A stretch of 64,000 nt of DNA, from assembly GCA_044341805.1 (NCBI GenBank), contig JBIIQY010000001.1:25874-89873 (forward strand), in the 5' to 3' direction. The stretch comes from Candidatus Planktophila sp. GTDB taxonomy: Bacteria > Actinomycetota > Actinomycetes > Nanopelagicales > Nanopelagicaceae. The position numbers and the translations under genes were made by a program. Under the pieces are notes generated by a model. That model did no database searches and was not told where the DNA came from. It worked only from the letters and a program-made list of their open reading frames with translations. Below are positions 7,544-15,963 of this stretch, piece after piece (positions within the stretch are counted from its first letter, which is position 1; each line of letters opens with the position of its first letter).

Positions 7544-9943
7544 CTAAGAGTTAAGACTCAATGCAGCTAATGCGCCATTGATGATCGACTCCGCATTCAA
7601 ATCATGGATGGCATACAAATCTGGGATATTTCCTGATTGTCCGAAATTATCCACGCCCATAGCAACTTGTGGCATCCCGAGCGCAGATCCTAACCATGCC
7701 ATGGCATGTGAAGAACCATCATGGATAGAAACTATTGGAGCTTTTTCGGTGAATGTAGTTCTTAAGACGCCAGGTAAAGATGGAGTCGTAGCAGTGCGAA
7801 TTCCCTGCTTTAAGGTTCGCTGCCAACTTCCAAAAACTCGGCCTAACGAAGTGATGTCAATGACGTGAGCGATAACGCCCTCTAAGGCGAGTTGTTTAGC
7901 TGCCGCTAGAACTTCTGGCATCACAGCGCCGCTACTAGCCAAGTAAACAACTGGTGCAAGATGATTATCCTGTTTTGTTAAAGCACTTCGACCGTCTACT
8001 AATTTATAAGCACCTGCAAGTACTTGTGAACGCAAGGTTGCTTCACCGATACGTTGTTTTGCTTCATAAAATGGTTGTTGGTCTATGGATCGTGTAGTTA
8101 GTCTGAAATAAAAAGCCAGTTCGTTAGGTCTAAGATCTGGTGCGGTATTTTTCTTTGCTCCAGCGACGTGTGCTAATGCATCACACAATAACCAATCAAG
8201 AGACTGAGCATACGCAGGCTCCATAAGTACTACACCTGGTAATTCAACTCCAACAGATGGCGTAATTGTTGATTGATGTGCCCCTCCTTCTGGAGCAAGT
8301 GTTATTCCTGATGGAGTGCCAGCAACTATAAACTTTGCGCCAGAATAAACGCTGTAGATAAATGCATCTAGTCCTCGCAAAACAAATGGATCATAAACAG
8401 TACCTATTGGAATGAGAGGCTGGTCTGAGATATCTCCTGAGATTCCGAGCTGGCCCAATAAAGTAAATAGATTCATCTCACTGATCCCAAGTTCGATGTG
8501 TTGGCCATTGGGACCTTCTACCCATTTTTGAATTGAGTTGTCATTCCACTCGCGTTTAACATCCTTGTTAAAGATTCCATGCCGATTTATGAATCCACCC
8601 AGATTTGTAGAAGTCGCAACATCCGGAGCCGTGGTGACCAAATACGGTCTAATTTCTTCATTCCTGCTGAGTTCGGTCAGTACGCGCCCAAAAGCCTCTT
8701 GGGAAGATGAGGATCCTGTCGGCGCTATGCCTGTCGAATGAGGAAACTCGGCCACGATTTCAGCTTTTTTGGAGGCCCGCTTCAGCGAGTGAGCTCTCGA
8801 TAAACAGAGAGAATCCTCTGCACTTCCAGGCTCAAACTTACTCCACTCATTTGATTCAGTTAATCCCGTCAAGTTCCGTAACTCATCAATCTGCTTTTTT
8901 GAAATTTGCGCTGAGTGATTTCTCTTGTCTCCGGCGATAGGTAGATGCCATCCTTTGATTGTGTAAGCAAACACAACACTTGGCTTGTCTTCTACTTCAT
9001 CACATTCTTTAAATGTTTCTAGCAGTGATGAAATATCATGTCCACCTAAGTCAGTTAGAATCTCGAAAAGTTCTTCATTATTGTATTTTTCTAAAAACTT
9101 GCTCACGCCATCGGGTGAACCCTCTAAAAATCGAATTCGAGCTGCTTCAGGAGTGAGCCCAAAAAGTGATTGATACTGTTCGTTTGGAATCTGGTCAAAC
9201 CAGACTTTGAATTTATGGCTATCTGAATCTTCAAATACCCTATTTAACTTCGAACCATACTTCACTTCTTTAACATGCCAACCAGCCGCTTCAAATTGTG
9301 CTCTCCATTGTGCAATGCGAACTCCAGGAATTACACGATCCAGAGACTGTCTATTGAAATCCACAATCCACATTACGTTTCCTAAATTGGTGGTTATGGG
9401 ATCGGCGAGTGCTTCCCAAATATTTCCTTCATCTAATTCAGCATCACCAATCACCGAAATAAAACGAGATTTCGGCCTTGGTCCAAAATGTGAATCCACG
9501 TACTGCCTTGTAACTGCCGCAAACAAAGGTGCAACTGCACCTAAGCCAACCGATCCAGTTGAAAAATCAACTGTGTCCGGATCTTTTGTCCTTGAAGGAT
9601 AACTTTGTAAACCACCTGCTTCACGAAGCTTTTTTAAGTAATCCTGATCAAGATTTCCTAAAAGGTATTGAATGGAGTGAAAAACCGGAGATGCGTGAGG
9701 CTTAATGCTTATACGATCTTCGGAGTCCAGAAAATCAAAATATAAGGCAGTTAGAATCGAAGCCATCGACGCACTAGAAGCTTGATGCCCACCAACCTTT
9801 ATGCCGTCTACATTAGGCCTGTCGGAATTGGCATAGTCGATCATTCTGGTAGACAGCCATAAAACACGATCTTGAATAGCCTCTAATACTTCAAGTTCGC
9901 CCGTGTGATTTAACTCAGCCTTAACACCAATTTCAGAGTTCAT
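7544..9943 (-). CDS. ThDP-dependent AceE-like (pyruvate dehydrogenase E1 / transketolase family) enzyme
   Basis: VGGHQASSAS, KPHASP, STGSVGLG, GDAELDEG...NRQSLD ThDP motif, ELGISE, EGGAHQS, FGQSG. Confidence 0.9.
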   Translation of the reverse strand: MNSEIGVKAELNHTGELEVLEAIQDRVLWLSTRMIDYANSDRPNVDGIKVGGHQASSASMASILTALYFDFLDSEDRISIKPHASPVFHSIQYLLGNLDQDYLKKLREAGGLQSYPSRTKDPDTVDFSTGSVGLGAVAPLFAAVTRQYVDSHFGPRPKSRFISVIGDAELDEGNIWEALADPITTNLGNVMWIVDFNRQSLDRVIPGVRIAQWRAQFEAAGWHVKEVKYGSKLNRVFEDSDSHKFKVWFDQIPNEQYQSLFGLTPEAARIRFLEGSPDGVSKFLEKYNNEELFEILTDLGGHDISSLLETFKECDEVEDKPSVVFAYTIKGWHLPIAGDKRNHSAQISKKQIDELRNLTGLTESNEWSKFEPGSAEDSLCLSRAHSLKRASKKAEIVAEFPHSTGIAPTGSSSSQEAFGRVLTELSRNEEIRPYLVTTAPDVATSTNLGGFINRHGIFNKDVKREWNDNSIQKWVEGPNGQHIELGISEMNLFTLLGQLGISGDISDQPLIPIGTVYDPFVLRGLDAFIYSVYSGAKFIVAGTPSGITLAPEGGAHQSTITPSVGVELPGVVLMEPAYAQSLDWLLCDALAHVAGAKKNTAPDLRPNELAFYFRLTTRSIDQQPFYEAKQRIGEATLRSQVLAGAYKLVDGRSALTKQDNHLAPVVYLASSGAVMPEVLAAAKQLALEGVIAHVIDITSLGRVFGSWQRTLKQGIRTATTPSLPGVLRTTFTEKAPIVSIHDGSSHAMAWLGSALGMPQVAMGVDNFGQSGNIPDLYAIHDLNAESIINGALAALSLNS

Positions 9944-9949
9944 GATGAA

Positions 9950-10915
9950 TTACTTACCAAGTGCTTTCTTGATTCTACTTTCAAGTGGATATTCTTTGGG
10001 TTCTTTATTGGAACCCTTCATCCACCACTGGTAATACTCAGCAAGCATATCTTTGAGGTCGTATGCAGGAGCAAAACCTAATTGACTAAGAATTTTCTCT
10101 GAACTTAAAAACGCATTATTTTCTGGGAAAGGGAAAGCAACATTTTTTAGATCAAAGTTGAGAGTATCAATTTGAAAATCTTCAGGTTGATATGAAACTA
10201 CAATTGGTTCAATTCCACATACTTCTGCCGCCAAATCAACGAAACCGCGACTTGTTGTTGCTTGTGGTACTGCTAGGTTGAATTCCTCGCTGCCATTACT
10301 TCTCTTTAGACTTAAGATCCTGACAATGGCACTAGCTACATCGCCTGCATAAATGAATGAGTGGATCGACTTGCCGCCATTGGCTAAAAATATTGGCTGT
10401 TTGGCTAGCAGTCGACTAAATGCAAAGGATTCTCTGTCTTCGTAATTATCAGGTCCCATTACAAATGGAAGCCGTAGCGCGGTTGTATCAAAAGCGCCCT
10501 TTGCGTTGAATTCCCGGAGTAGTGATTCGGAACGGATTTTCTCTGCAGCATATGGAGCAAATGGATGCGGAGGTCCTTTAGGAAAATCTTCTGTTATAGG
10601 AAACGATTGACTGGATGTGTAGACAGCTCCTGTGGAAATAAAAATATAGCGAGATATCTTTCCAGCAAAAAAGTTTCCTGCCTCTTCAACCCAATCTGAT
10701 GCATAGGCTGAAAAATCTATGACCGCATCAAATTTGGAATCTTTGAATTGTTCCAGTGCCCCTGGTTGAGATCGATCACAAATAACGTTATGGGAACCTT
10801 TGTTCTCTTCGCGAGTTCCTCTATTTGCAATCGTGACTTCAACTCCGACATCTTTCAATGCGCGCAGAACATAACGGCCCATAAAACGAGTTCCACCAAA
10901 AATCAAAACATTCAT
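9950..10915 (-). CDS. NAD-dependent epimerase/dehydratase family (extended/atypical SDR)
   Basis: GGTRFMG, ANRG, ISTGAVY, YAAEK. Confidence 0.88.
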   Translation of the reverse strand: MNVLIFGGTRFMGRYVLRALKDVGVEVTIANRGTREENKGSHNVICDRSQPGALEQFKDSKFDAVIDFSAYASDWVEEAGNFFAGKISRYIFISTGAVYTSSQSFPITEDFPKGPPHPFAPYAAEKIRSESLLREFNAKGAFDTTALRLPFVMGPDNYEDRESFAFSRLLAKQPIFLANGGKSIHSFIYAGDVASAIVRILSLKRSNGSEEFNLAVPQATTSRGFVDLAAEVCGIEPIVVSYQPEDFQIDTLNFDLKNVAFPFPENNAFLSSEKILSQLGFAPAYDLKDMLAEYYQWWMKGSNKEPKEYPLESRIKKALGK

Positions 10916-10954
10916 TGTTCGTCCTTACGCTACGTGTCCCTGTGCATTATCAGT

Positions 10955-10994
10955 ATTGTAAACAGTTGACGATTGGATATCAAGGTACTAGCAT
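10955..10994 (+). promoter_or_regulatory. Operator copy 4 overlapping the -35 of the dehydratase-kinase-enolase promoter, in a divergent intergenic region
   Basis: ATTGTAAACAGTTGACGA (10955-10972; revcomp TCGTCAACTGTTTACAAT); TTGACG(10966-10971)-17 bp-TAGCAT(10989-10994). Confidence 0.75.
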
Positions 10995-11002
10995 CCGGTT
11001 TT

Positions 11003-12106
11003 ATGGATGCGATCAGCAGGATCCAAACTTATGAAGCTCGAGTTCCGCTTCCGCAACCGCTATCAGTAGGCACTGCGCAAATTACTCATCGGACTTACTC
11101 AGTTGTACGAATAACGACAAACGATGGTTTGGTAGGAATAGGTTATTGCTACAGCAGAGGTCTGCCAATCTCAAAATTAATCGATGACGTAATGACACCT
11201 GTTGCTATTGGTAAAGACTCAAAATCACCCGATGTCGTACGCAAACTCATTCTTGGATTTAACTGGCAATCTAGCGAACACGGCACGGTTACATCTGGAG
11301 TGAGTGCGATAGATATTGCGCTACATGACATAGCAGGAAAGCGTGCCGGAATTAGTGTCTCAAAAATGCTCGGCGGTACCGTGACTGAGGTTCCCATTTA
11401 TTCAGTTGTTGGATATCACTATGGCGAGAATGAAGTCGGACTTGAAGAAGAAATACACCATGCTTTAGAGCGGGGAATAAAATCATTTAAAATTGTTGTT
11501 GGGGCTAGAGATCCTCAAAGAGATGCCAATCGATTAAGGACTCTAAGAAGCCTGGTTGGCGACAGTGCATATATTGCAGTTGATGCATTTCGAACTTTTG
11601 GCACTTTAGAGAATGCAATTGCCAGAGTTAATCTAATCAAAGAGTATGGGATTTCCTTTGTTGAAGACCCTTTCCTAGAATCTGAAGGTAAATTAGCTAT
11701 TGCATTACGAGATGCCACCGGTGTTCCAGTTTCATTTGGAGAATCTCTTGCCTCTTCAAAAATGGCAGAGCAAGTCATTGATTACAACCAAGTAGATGTT
11801 CTGCGAATTGATGCATTGGTTATTGGTGGAGTAAATGAGTTCATCAAGGCTGCGAACTATGCCCACGCTAAAGGCAAGAGCTATGCAACGCATATTCATA
11901 GTGAAATACATGCTCAATTGGCTCCTTTGACCTCAAACATGTATCCAGGGGGCTTGGAGTACTTAGATCCACGGTATGAAATTGATCTATTCCATCATTT
12001 ATTGCTTAAACCACTTAAAATTAGGGATGGAAATGCAATCATTAGTTCAGAGCCTGGCTTTGGAATTGCTTGGGATATGGAAGCAGTGAAAAGATTTTCT
12101 TCGTGA
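11003..12106 (+). CDS. Mandelate racemase/muconate lactonizing enzyme family protein (probable acid dehydratase)
   Basis: SAIDIALHDIAGK; metal ligands VDA/VEDP/GES; D (RIDA), H (THIH), E (LEY). Start moved to ATG 11003 because the promoter covers the TTG at 10973. Confidence 0.9.
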   Translation: MDAISRIQTYEARVPLPQPLSVGTAQITHRTYSVVRITTNDGLVGIGYCYSRGLPISKLIDDVMTPVAIGKDSKSPDVVRKLILGFNWQSSEHGTVTSGVSAIDIALHDIAGKRAGISVSKMLGGTVTEVPIYSVVGYHYGENEVGLEEEIHHALERGIKSFKIVVGARDPQRDANRLRTLRSLVGDSAYIAVDAFRTFGTLENAIARVNLIKEYGISFVEDPFLESEGKLAIALRDATGVPVSFGESLASSKMAEQVIDYNQVDVLRIDALVIGGVNEFIKAANYAHAKGKSYATHIHSEIHAQLAPLTSNMYPGGLEYLDPRYEIDLFHHLLLKPLKIRDGNAIISSEPGFGIAWDMEAVKRFSS

Positions 12107-12135
12107 AATTGATTGCGAATTAGTGGAATTGGGTC

Positions 12136-13119
12136 ATGGAACTATTAACTGAAGAAACGGTGATTGATTACCTGAAGGATAAGAGTCTCTTTGCTCAGGA
12201 TGAAGAAATTAGAGTTGAAATCCTGACAGGTGGCGTTTCCAATACCGTTCTTGCAATTTCTACAACGAATAGGCATTTAGTTCTGAAGCAAGCTCTCCCT
12301 GCGCTAAAGGTAGCCGAACTGTGGGAAGCAGATCCCCGTAGAGCAATAGTTGAGGCAGATGCTTTAGATCTTTTCCATAGCCTTAATCCAGAGATTGTTC
12401 CCAAGTTAGTTTTTGTCGACCCCATTCGGTTTGTGGTCATTATGGAGAGAGTTCCGCTCTCAAGCAGAGTATGGAAATCAGATTTGCTTGAAGGGATCTA
12501 TCGGCCGCAAGTTGCTCACACTCTTGGGAAAACTCTCTCTCAGTGGCATAACTACGGTGCCTCAAATCCTGTTGCTCGCAAGAAGTTCATGGAAGACACC
12601 TTGTTTGATCAGCTAAGAATTGATCCTTTCTATCGATTTGTTGCAGCCAAGAATGCAAAATTACAAGATTCAATTCAGCATTTAATTGCTGAACTAGAGA
12701 GTGACAAATCAACAATAGTTCATGGAGATTTTTCTCCCAAGAATTTTATGGTCACAGAAGATGATCACGTCTATATCTTGGATTTTGAAGTAATGCATGT
12801 GGGGAACCCTGTATTTGATCTAGCATTCATATTGGCTCATCTGTTATGTAAGTTTTTCCACGCACCCAATGCGAAAGAAGCTGCTGAGTTATCAAATATT
12901 GCAAAAACCTTCTTGAACGCCTATCAAGAACAAACTGAGATTTCAGTATCTCTGGTGCTGCACACCGCCTTAATTGCACTTGCACGAGTCGAAGGTAAAT
13001 CACCAGTTAACTACTTAAGCACGTCTGAACAAGAAAAGATTCAACTGCTGACCAAGAAAGTGCTGTTTGATCAAGAAACACCGAATGTCTTGACTCTTTT
13101 TGATTTGAGTAAGCGATGA
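12136..13119 (+). CDS. APH/choline-kinase-fold phosphotransferase, methylthioribose-kinase-like
   Basis: LTGGVSN, VLKQALPALKV, HGDFSPKN, LDFE, GNPVFDL. Confidence 0.85.
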   Translation: MELLTEETVIDYLKDKSLFAQDEEIRVEILTGGVSNTVLAISTTNRHLVLKQALPALKVAELWEADPRRAIVEADALDLFHSLNPEIVPKLVFVDPIRFVVIMERVPLSSRVWKSDLLEGIYRPQVAHTLGKTLSQWHNYGASNPVARKKFMEDTLFDQLRIDPFYRFVAAKNAKLQDSIQHLIAELESDKSTIVHGDFSPKNFMVTEDDHVYILDFEVMHVGNPVFDLAFILAHLLCKFFHAPNAKEAAELSNIAKTFLNAYQEQTEISVSLVLHTALIALARVEGKSPVNYLSTSEQEKIQLLTKKVLFDQETPNVLTLFDLSKR

Positions 13120-14387
13120 AGATCAGCAAATTACTGGGGTTTCAGGTTTTGGATTCCAGGGGTAGACCAACTGTCGCTGCTTCAATCACTCTAGAAGATG
13201 GCACCACCCATACTGCACGTGTGCCGTCGGGAGCTTCGACTGGAAAGCATGAAGCTTTGGAATTACGCGATGGCGATACATTAGGTAAAAATTCTTTCTA
13301 CGGACCGCTTTCGGTTTCTGGGGCGGTCAGCAATATAAATCTACGAATTGCACCATTAGTGGTTGGGAAACAGGCTGACCTGAATTTCGTTGATGGTGTT
13401 ATTCGCGACATAGACACAACATCAAATTTTTCTTCACTTGGCGCTAATGCGACTCTGGCAGTTTCTTTAGCTTCGGCCAAAGCTTCGGCACATTCGCAAA
13501 ATCTGTCTCTGGCTCGATTTTTTCAACCACACGATAATTTGTTGATTCCGATGCCCATGGTGAATATTCTTTCCGGCGGAGCACACGCAAAACGATCACT
13601 TGATTTCCAAGATGTTCTCGTAATTCCAAACGGTGCAATTTCCTTCACAGAAGCCTTAGCCTGGATTGTTGCTATTCGAGAAACAGCTGCAAAACTTGGT
13701 AGCCAGGCTGGAATGGTCACGCACTTAGTTGCTGATGAAGGTGGCTTGGGAATAGCTTTTAATTCAATTGAATTAGCAATTGATTTTGTTGTTCAGGCAA
13801 TTGAAAAAGTCGGTCTAAAGCCAAAAACTCAAGTTTCATTTGCGCTAGATGTTGCCTCTACCCAGTTTTTCTCTAATGGGACATATAACTTAGCCGCTTC
13901 TAAAAAAACTTATGCATCGGGTGATTTTGTCTCTTACATACATGGGCTGGTTTCGAATTATCCAATAGTTTCGATTGAAGATCCCTTTGCAGAAGATGAT
14001 TGGCAGAGCTGGAGTTCCTTTATGGACATTGCCCCCAAGGATTTGCAAGTGCTTGGAGATGATCTATTAACAACTAATTCTGAGCGTTTGAAAAGAGCTA
14101 TCAAAGAGCAAGCTGCGAACTCAATTTTGATTAAACCAAATCAAAATGGATTAGTGACAAACACCCACAAAGTATTGATGGAAGCACAAAGTGCAGGGTT
14201 TAGGACCGTGGTCTCTGCACGTTCTGGTGAGACAGAAGACTCTTGGTTGTCTGATTTGGCAACTGGATGGCGAGCAGCTCAAATAAAAGTTGGCTCGACT
14301 CATGGTTCAGAACGAACAGCTAAATGGAACCGCTTGCTCGAATTAGAGCAGACCGAAAATGTGGAGTTCAGTAAACCGTTCAAGTGA
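13116..14387 (+). CDS. eno: Enolase paralog (phosphopyruvate hydratase-like), divergent
   Basis: DSRGRPTV, PSGASTG, ELRDG, DEGG, IEDP, GDDL, LIKPNQ, SARSGETED, QIK; ATGA-coupled to the kinase. Confidence 0.9.
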   Translation: MKISKLLGFQVLDSRGRPTVAASITLEDGTTHTARVPSGASTGKHEALELRDGDTLGKNSFYGPLSVSGAVSNINLRIAPLVVGKQADLNFVDGVIRDIDTTSNFSSLGANATLAVSLASAKASAHSQNLSLARFFQPHDNLLIPMPMVNILSGGAHAKRSLDFQDVLVIPNGAISFTEALAWIVAIRETAAKLGSQAGMVTHLVADEGGLGIAFNSIELAIDFVVQAIEKVGLKPKTQVSFALDVASTQFFSNGTYNLAASKKTYASGDFVSYIHGLVSNYPIVSIEDPFAEDDWQSWSSFMDIAPKDLQVLGDDLLTTNSERLKRAIKEQAANSILIKPNQNGLVTNTHKVLMEAQSAGFRTVVSARSGETEDSWLSDLATGWRAAQIKVGSTHGSERTAKWNRLLELEQTENVEFSKPFK

Positions 14388-14391
14388 TGCT

Positions 14392-14476
14392 TGGTGGCGG
14401 GTGAAGGATTTGAACCTTCGAAGGCAGAGCCGGGGGATTTACAGTCCCCTCCCATTGGCCGCTCGGGCAACCCGCC
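14392..14476 (-). tRNA. tRNA-Tyr (GTA)
   Basis: Revcomp GGCGGGTTGCCCGAGCGGCCAATGGGAGGGGA-CTGTAAA-TCCCCCGGCTCTGCCTTCGAAGGTTCAAATCCTTCACCCGCCACCA; long variable arm, encoded CCA. Confidence 0.97.
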
Positions 14477-14580
14477 AAGGTCGAACAAGTACTGCGGCAA
14501 TTATGGATAGTGCGAAGGGAAAGGATACCTTAGGCAAGTGCGCATACAAACCGCGCTTTTTCGAGTCAAGGAGTCCTTAA

Positions 14581-15072
14581 ATGGCAGCAGATGCAAGTTT
14601 TGACGTAACCTCCAAAATCGACCGTATGGAGCTGGATAACGCCATTAACCAGGCGGTCCGCGAGATCGAGACCCGCTTTGATTTCAAGAACACCGGTTCC
14701 AAAATTGAACTGGAAGGCGATAAGGTTTTGATTGAAGCAGATACCGAAGAGCGCGCGAAGGCGGCGCTAGATGTTGTAAAGGACAAGATGATCAAGCGTG
14801 GTGTTTCTTTGAAGCATCTAGATGCAGGTACTCCGCAGTTGTCAGGAAAGATTTACAAGATTGCAGCACCTTTGAAGGAAGGCATCTCCACTGAGAATGC
14901 AAAGAAGATTGCAAAGAAGATTCGTGATGAGGGCCCAAAGTCTGTTAAGACTCAAATTCAAGGTGACGAACTCCGCGTTACTTCAAAGAGTCGTGATGAT
15001 CTTCAAGAAACAATGGCCATGATCAAAGATGGTGGCTGGGATTTTGCCGTTCAATTCACGAACTTTAGATAA
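14581..15072 (+). CDS. yajQ: YajQ family nucleotide (c-di-GMP)-binding protein
   Basis: [34 protein letters not shown]. Confidence 0.95.
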   Translation: MAADASFDVTSKIDRMELDNAINQAVREIETRFDFKNTGSKIELEGDKVLIEADTEERAKAALDVVKDKMIKRGVSLKHLDAGTPQLSGKIYKIAAPLKEGISTENAKKIAKKIRDEGPKSVKTQIQGDELRVTSKSRDDLQETMAMIKDGGWDFAVQFTNFR

Positions 15073-15963
15073 TTGAGTAAAAATAAGCTCGGTCTTTTAT
15101 TTGGTGTAAGTGCTTACACCTTGTGGGGATTGTTTCCGCTGTACTGGCTACTGTTGGCTAAAGCTAATCCTCTTGAGATTGTTTCACACCGTGCTGTGTG
15201 GACTCTCGTTTTTTGTCTTATCGTCTTGGCCGGAACAAAGGCATTGAAATCAACTCTATTGACGTTACAGCGCCCCATGGTTGCGGCAAAACTCTTTCTA
15301 TCATCCATTTTAGTGTCAGTTAACTGGTTAGTTTATATCTGGGCAACAAACAATGAGCATGTTGTTGAAGCATCGTTGGGTTACTACATAAATCCATTAG
15401 TCATTATTGGTTTTGGTGTTATCTTGCTAAAGGAGAAAATGCGGAGACTTCAATGGGCTGCTGTCACAATCGCAACGATTGGTGTTTTGGTTTTAACAAT
15501 TGATTATGGAAGATTTCCATGGATCGCATTTGCGCTGGCAGTTTCATGGGGTAGCTACGGTGTGGTTAAAAAGCAGTTGGGCCTGGGGGCGCTGGAAGGT
15601 CTAGCTATTGAAACCTTTATTTCCAGCTTCTTTTATCTGGGATACCTGATTTACATTGGCAATCAAGGCACTGGCCAGTTTGGTCAGGAATGGGGATTTA
15701 CGGCACTTCTCATAAGCGCAGGTGCAATCACAGCAATTCCTCTATTGCTGTTTAACGGCTCAACAAACAGACTTCCATTTACAACAATTGGTTTACTGCA
15801 ATACATAACACCAACGATTCAATTTTCAATTGGTGTCTGGATACTTCAGGAAGATATGCCGACAGCGCGATGGATTGGTTTCTTGATTATCTGGGCAGCC
15901 TTGGTAACGCTAGCTTTAGATTTGATTAGATCAAGCAGAACGGTCGATAACAGCGTCGCATAG
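15073..15963 (+). CDS. rarD: EamA family transporter RarD
   Basis: AYTLWGLFPLY, EIVSHR, EASLGYYINP, GLLQYITPT; hydrophobic. Confidence 0.93.
   Translation: MSKNKLGLLFGVSAYTLWGLFPLYWLLLAKANPLEIVSHRAVWTLVFCLIVLAGTKALKSTLLTLQRPMVAAKLFLSSILVSVNWLVYIWATNNEHVVEASLGYYINPLVIIGFGVILLKEKMRRLQWAAVTIATIGVLVLTIDYGRFPWIAFALAVSWGSYGVVKKQLGLGALEGLAIETFISSFFYLGYLIYIGNQGTGQFGQEWGFTALLISAGAITAIPLLLFNGSTNRLPFTTIGLLQYITPTIQFSIGVWILQEDMPTARWIGFLIIWAALVTLALDLIRSSRTVDNSVA

Noticed and set aside
10973-11002. TTG start of the MR-family gene given by the ORF track
   Set aside because: It lies inside the TTGACG-17-TAGCAT promoter; ATG 11003 is preferred
12136-13119. Aminoglycoside phosphotransferase as an antibiotic resistance gene
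   Set aside because: The fold is shared, but the KQALP and HGDFSPKN motifs and catabolic operon context point to a small-metabolite kinase
1-14391. Prophage, integrative element or att direct repeat
   Set aside because: No integrase, transposase or phage gene, and no second copy of the tRNA-Tyr 3' end seen in the window; the far boundary is outside it
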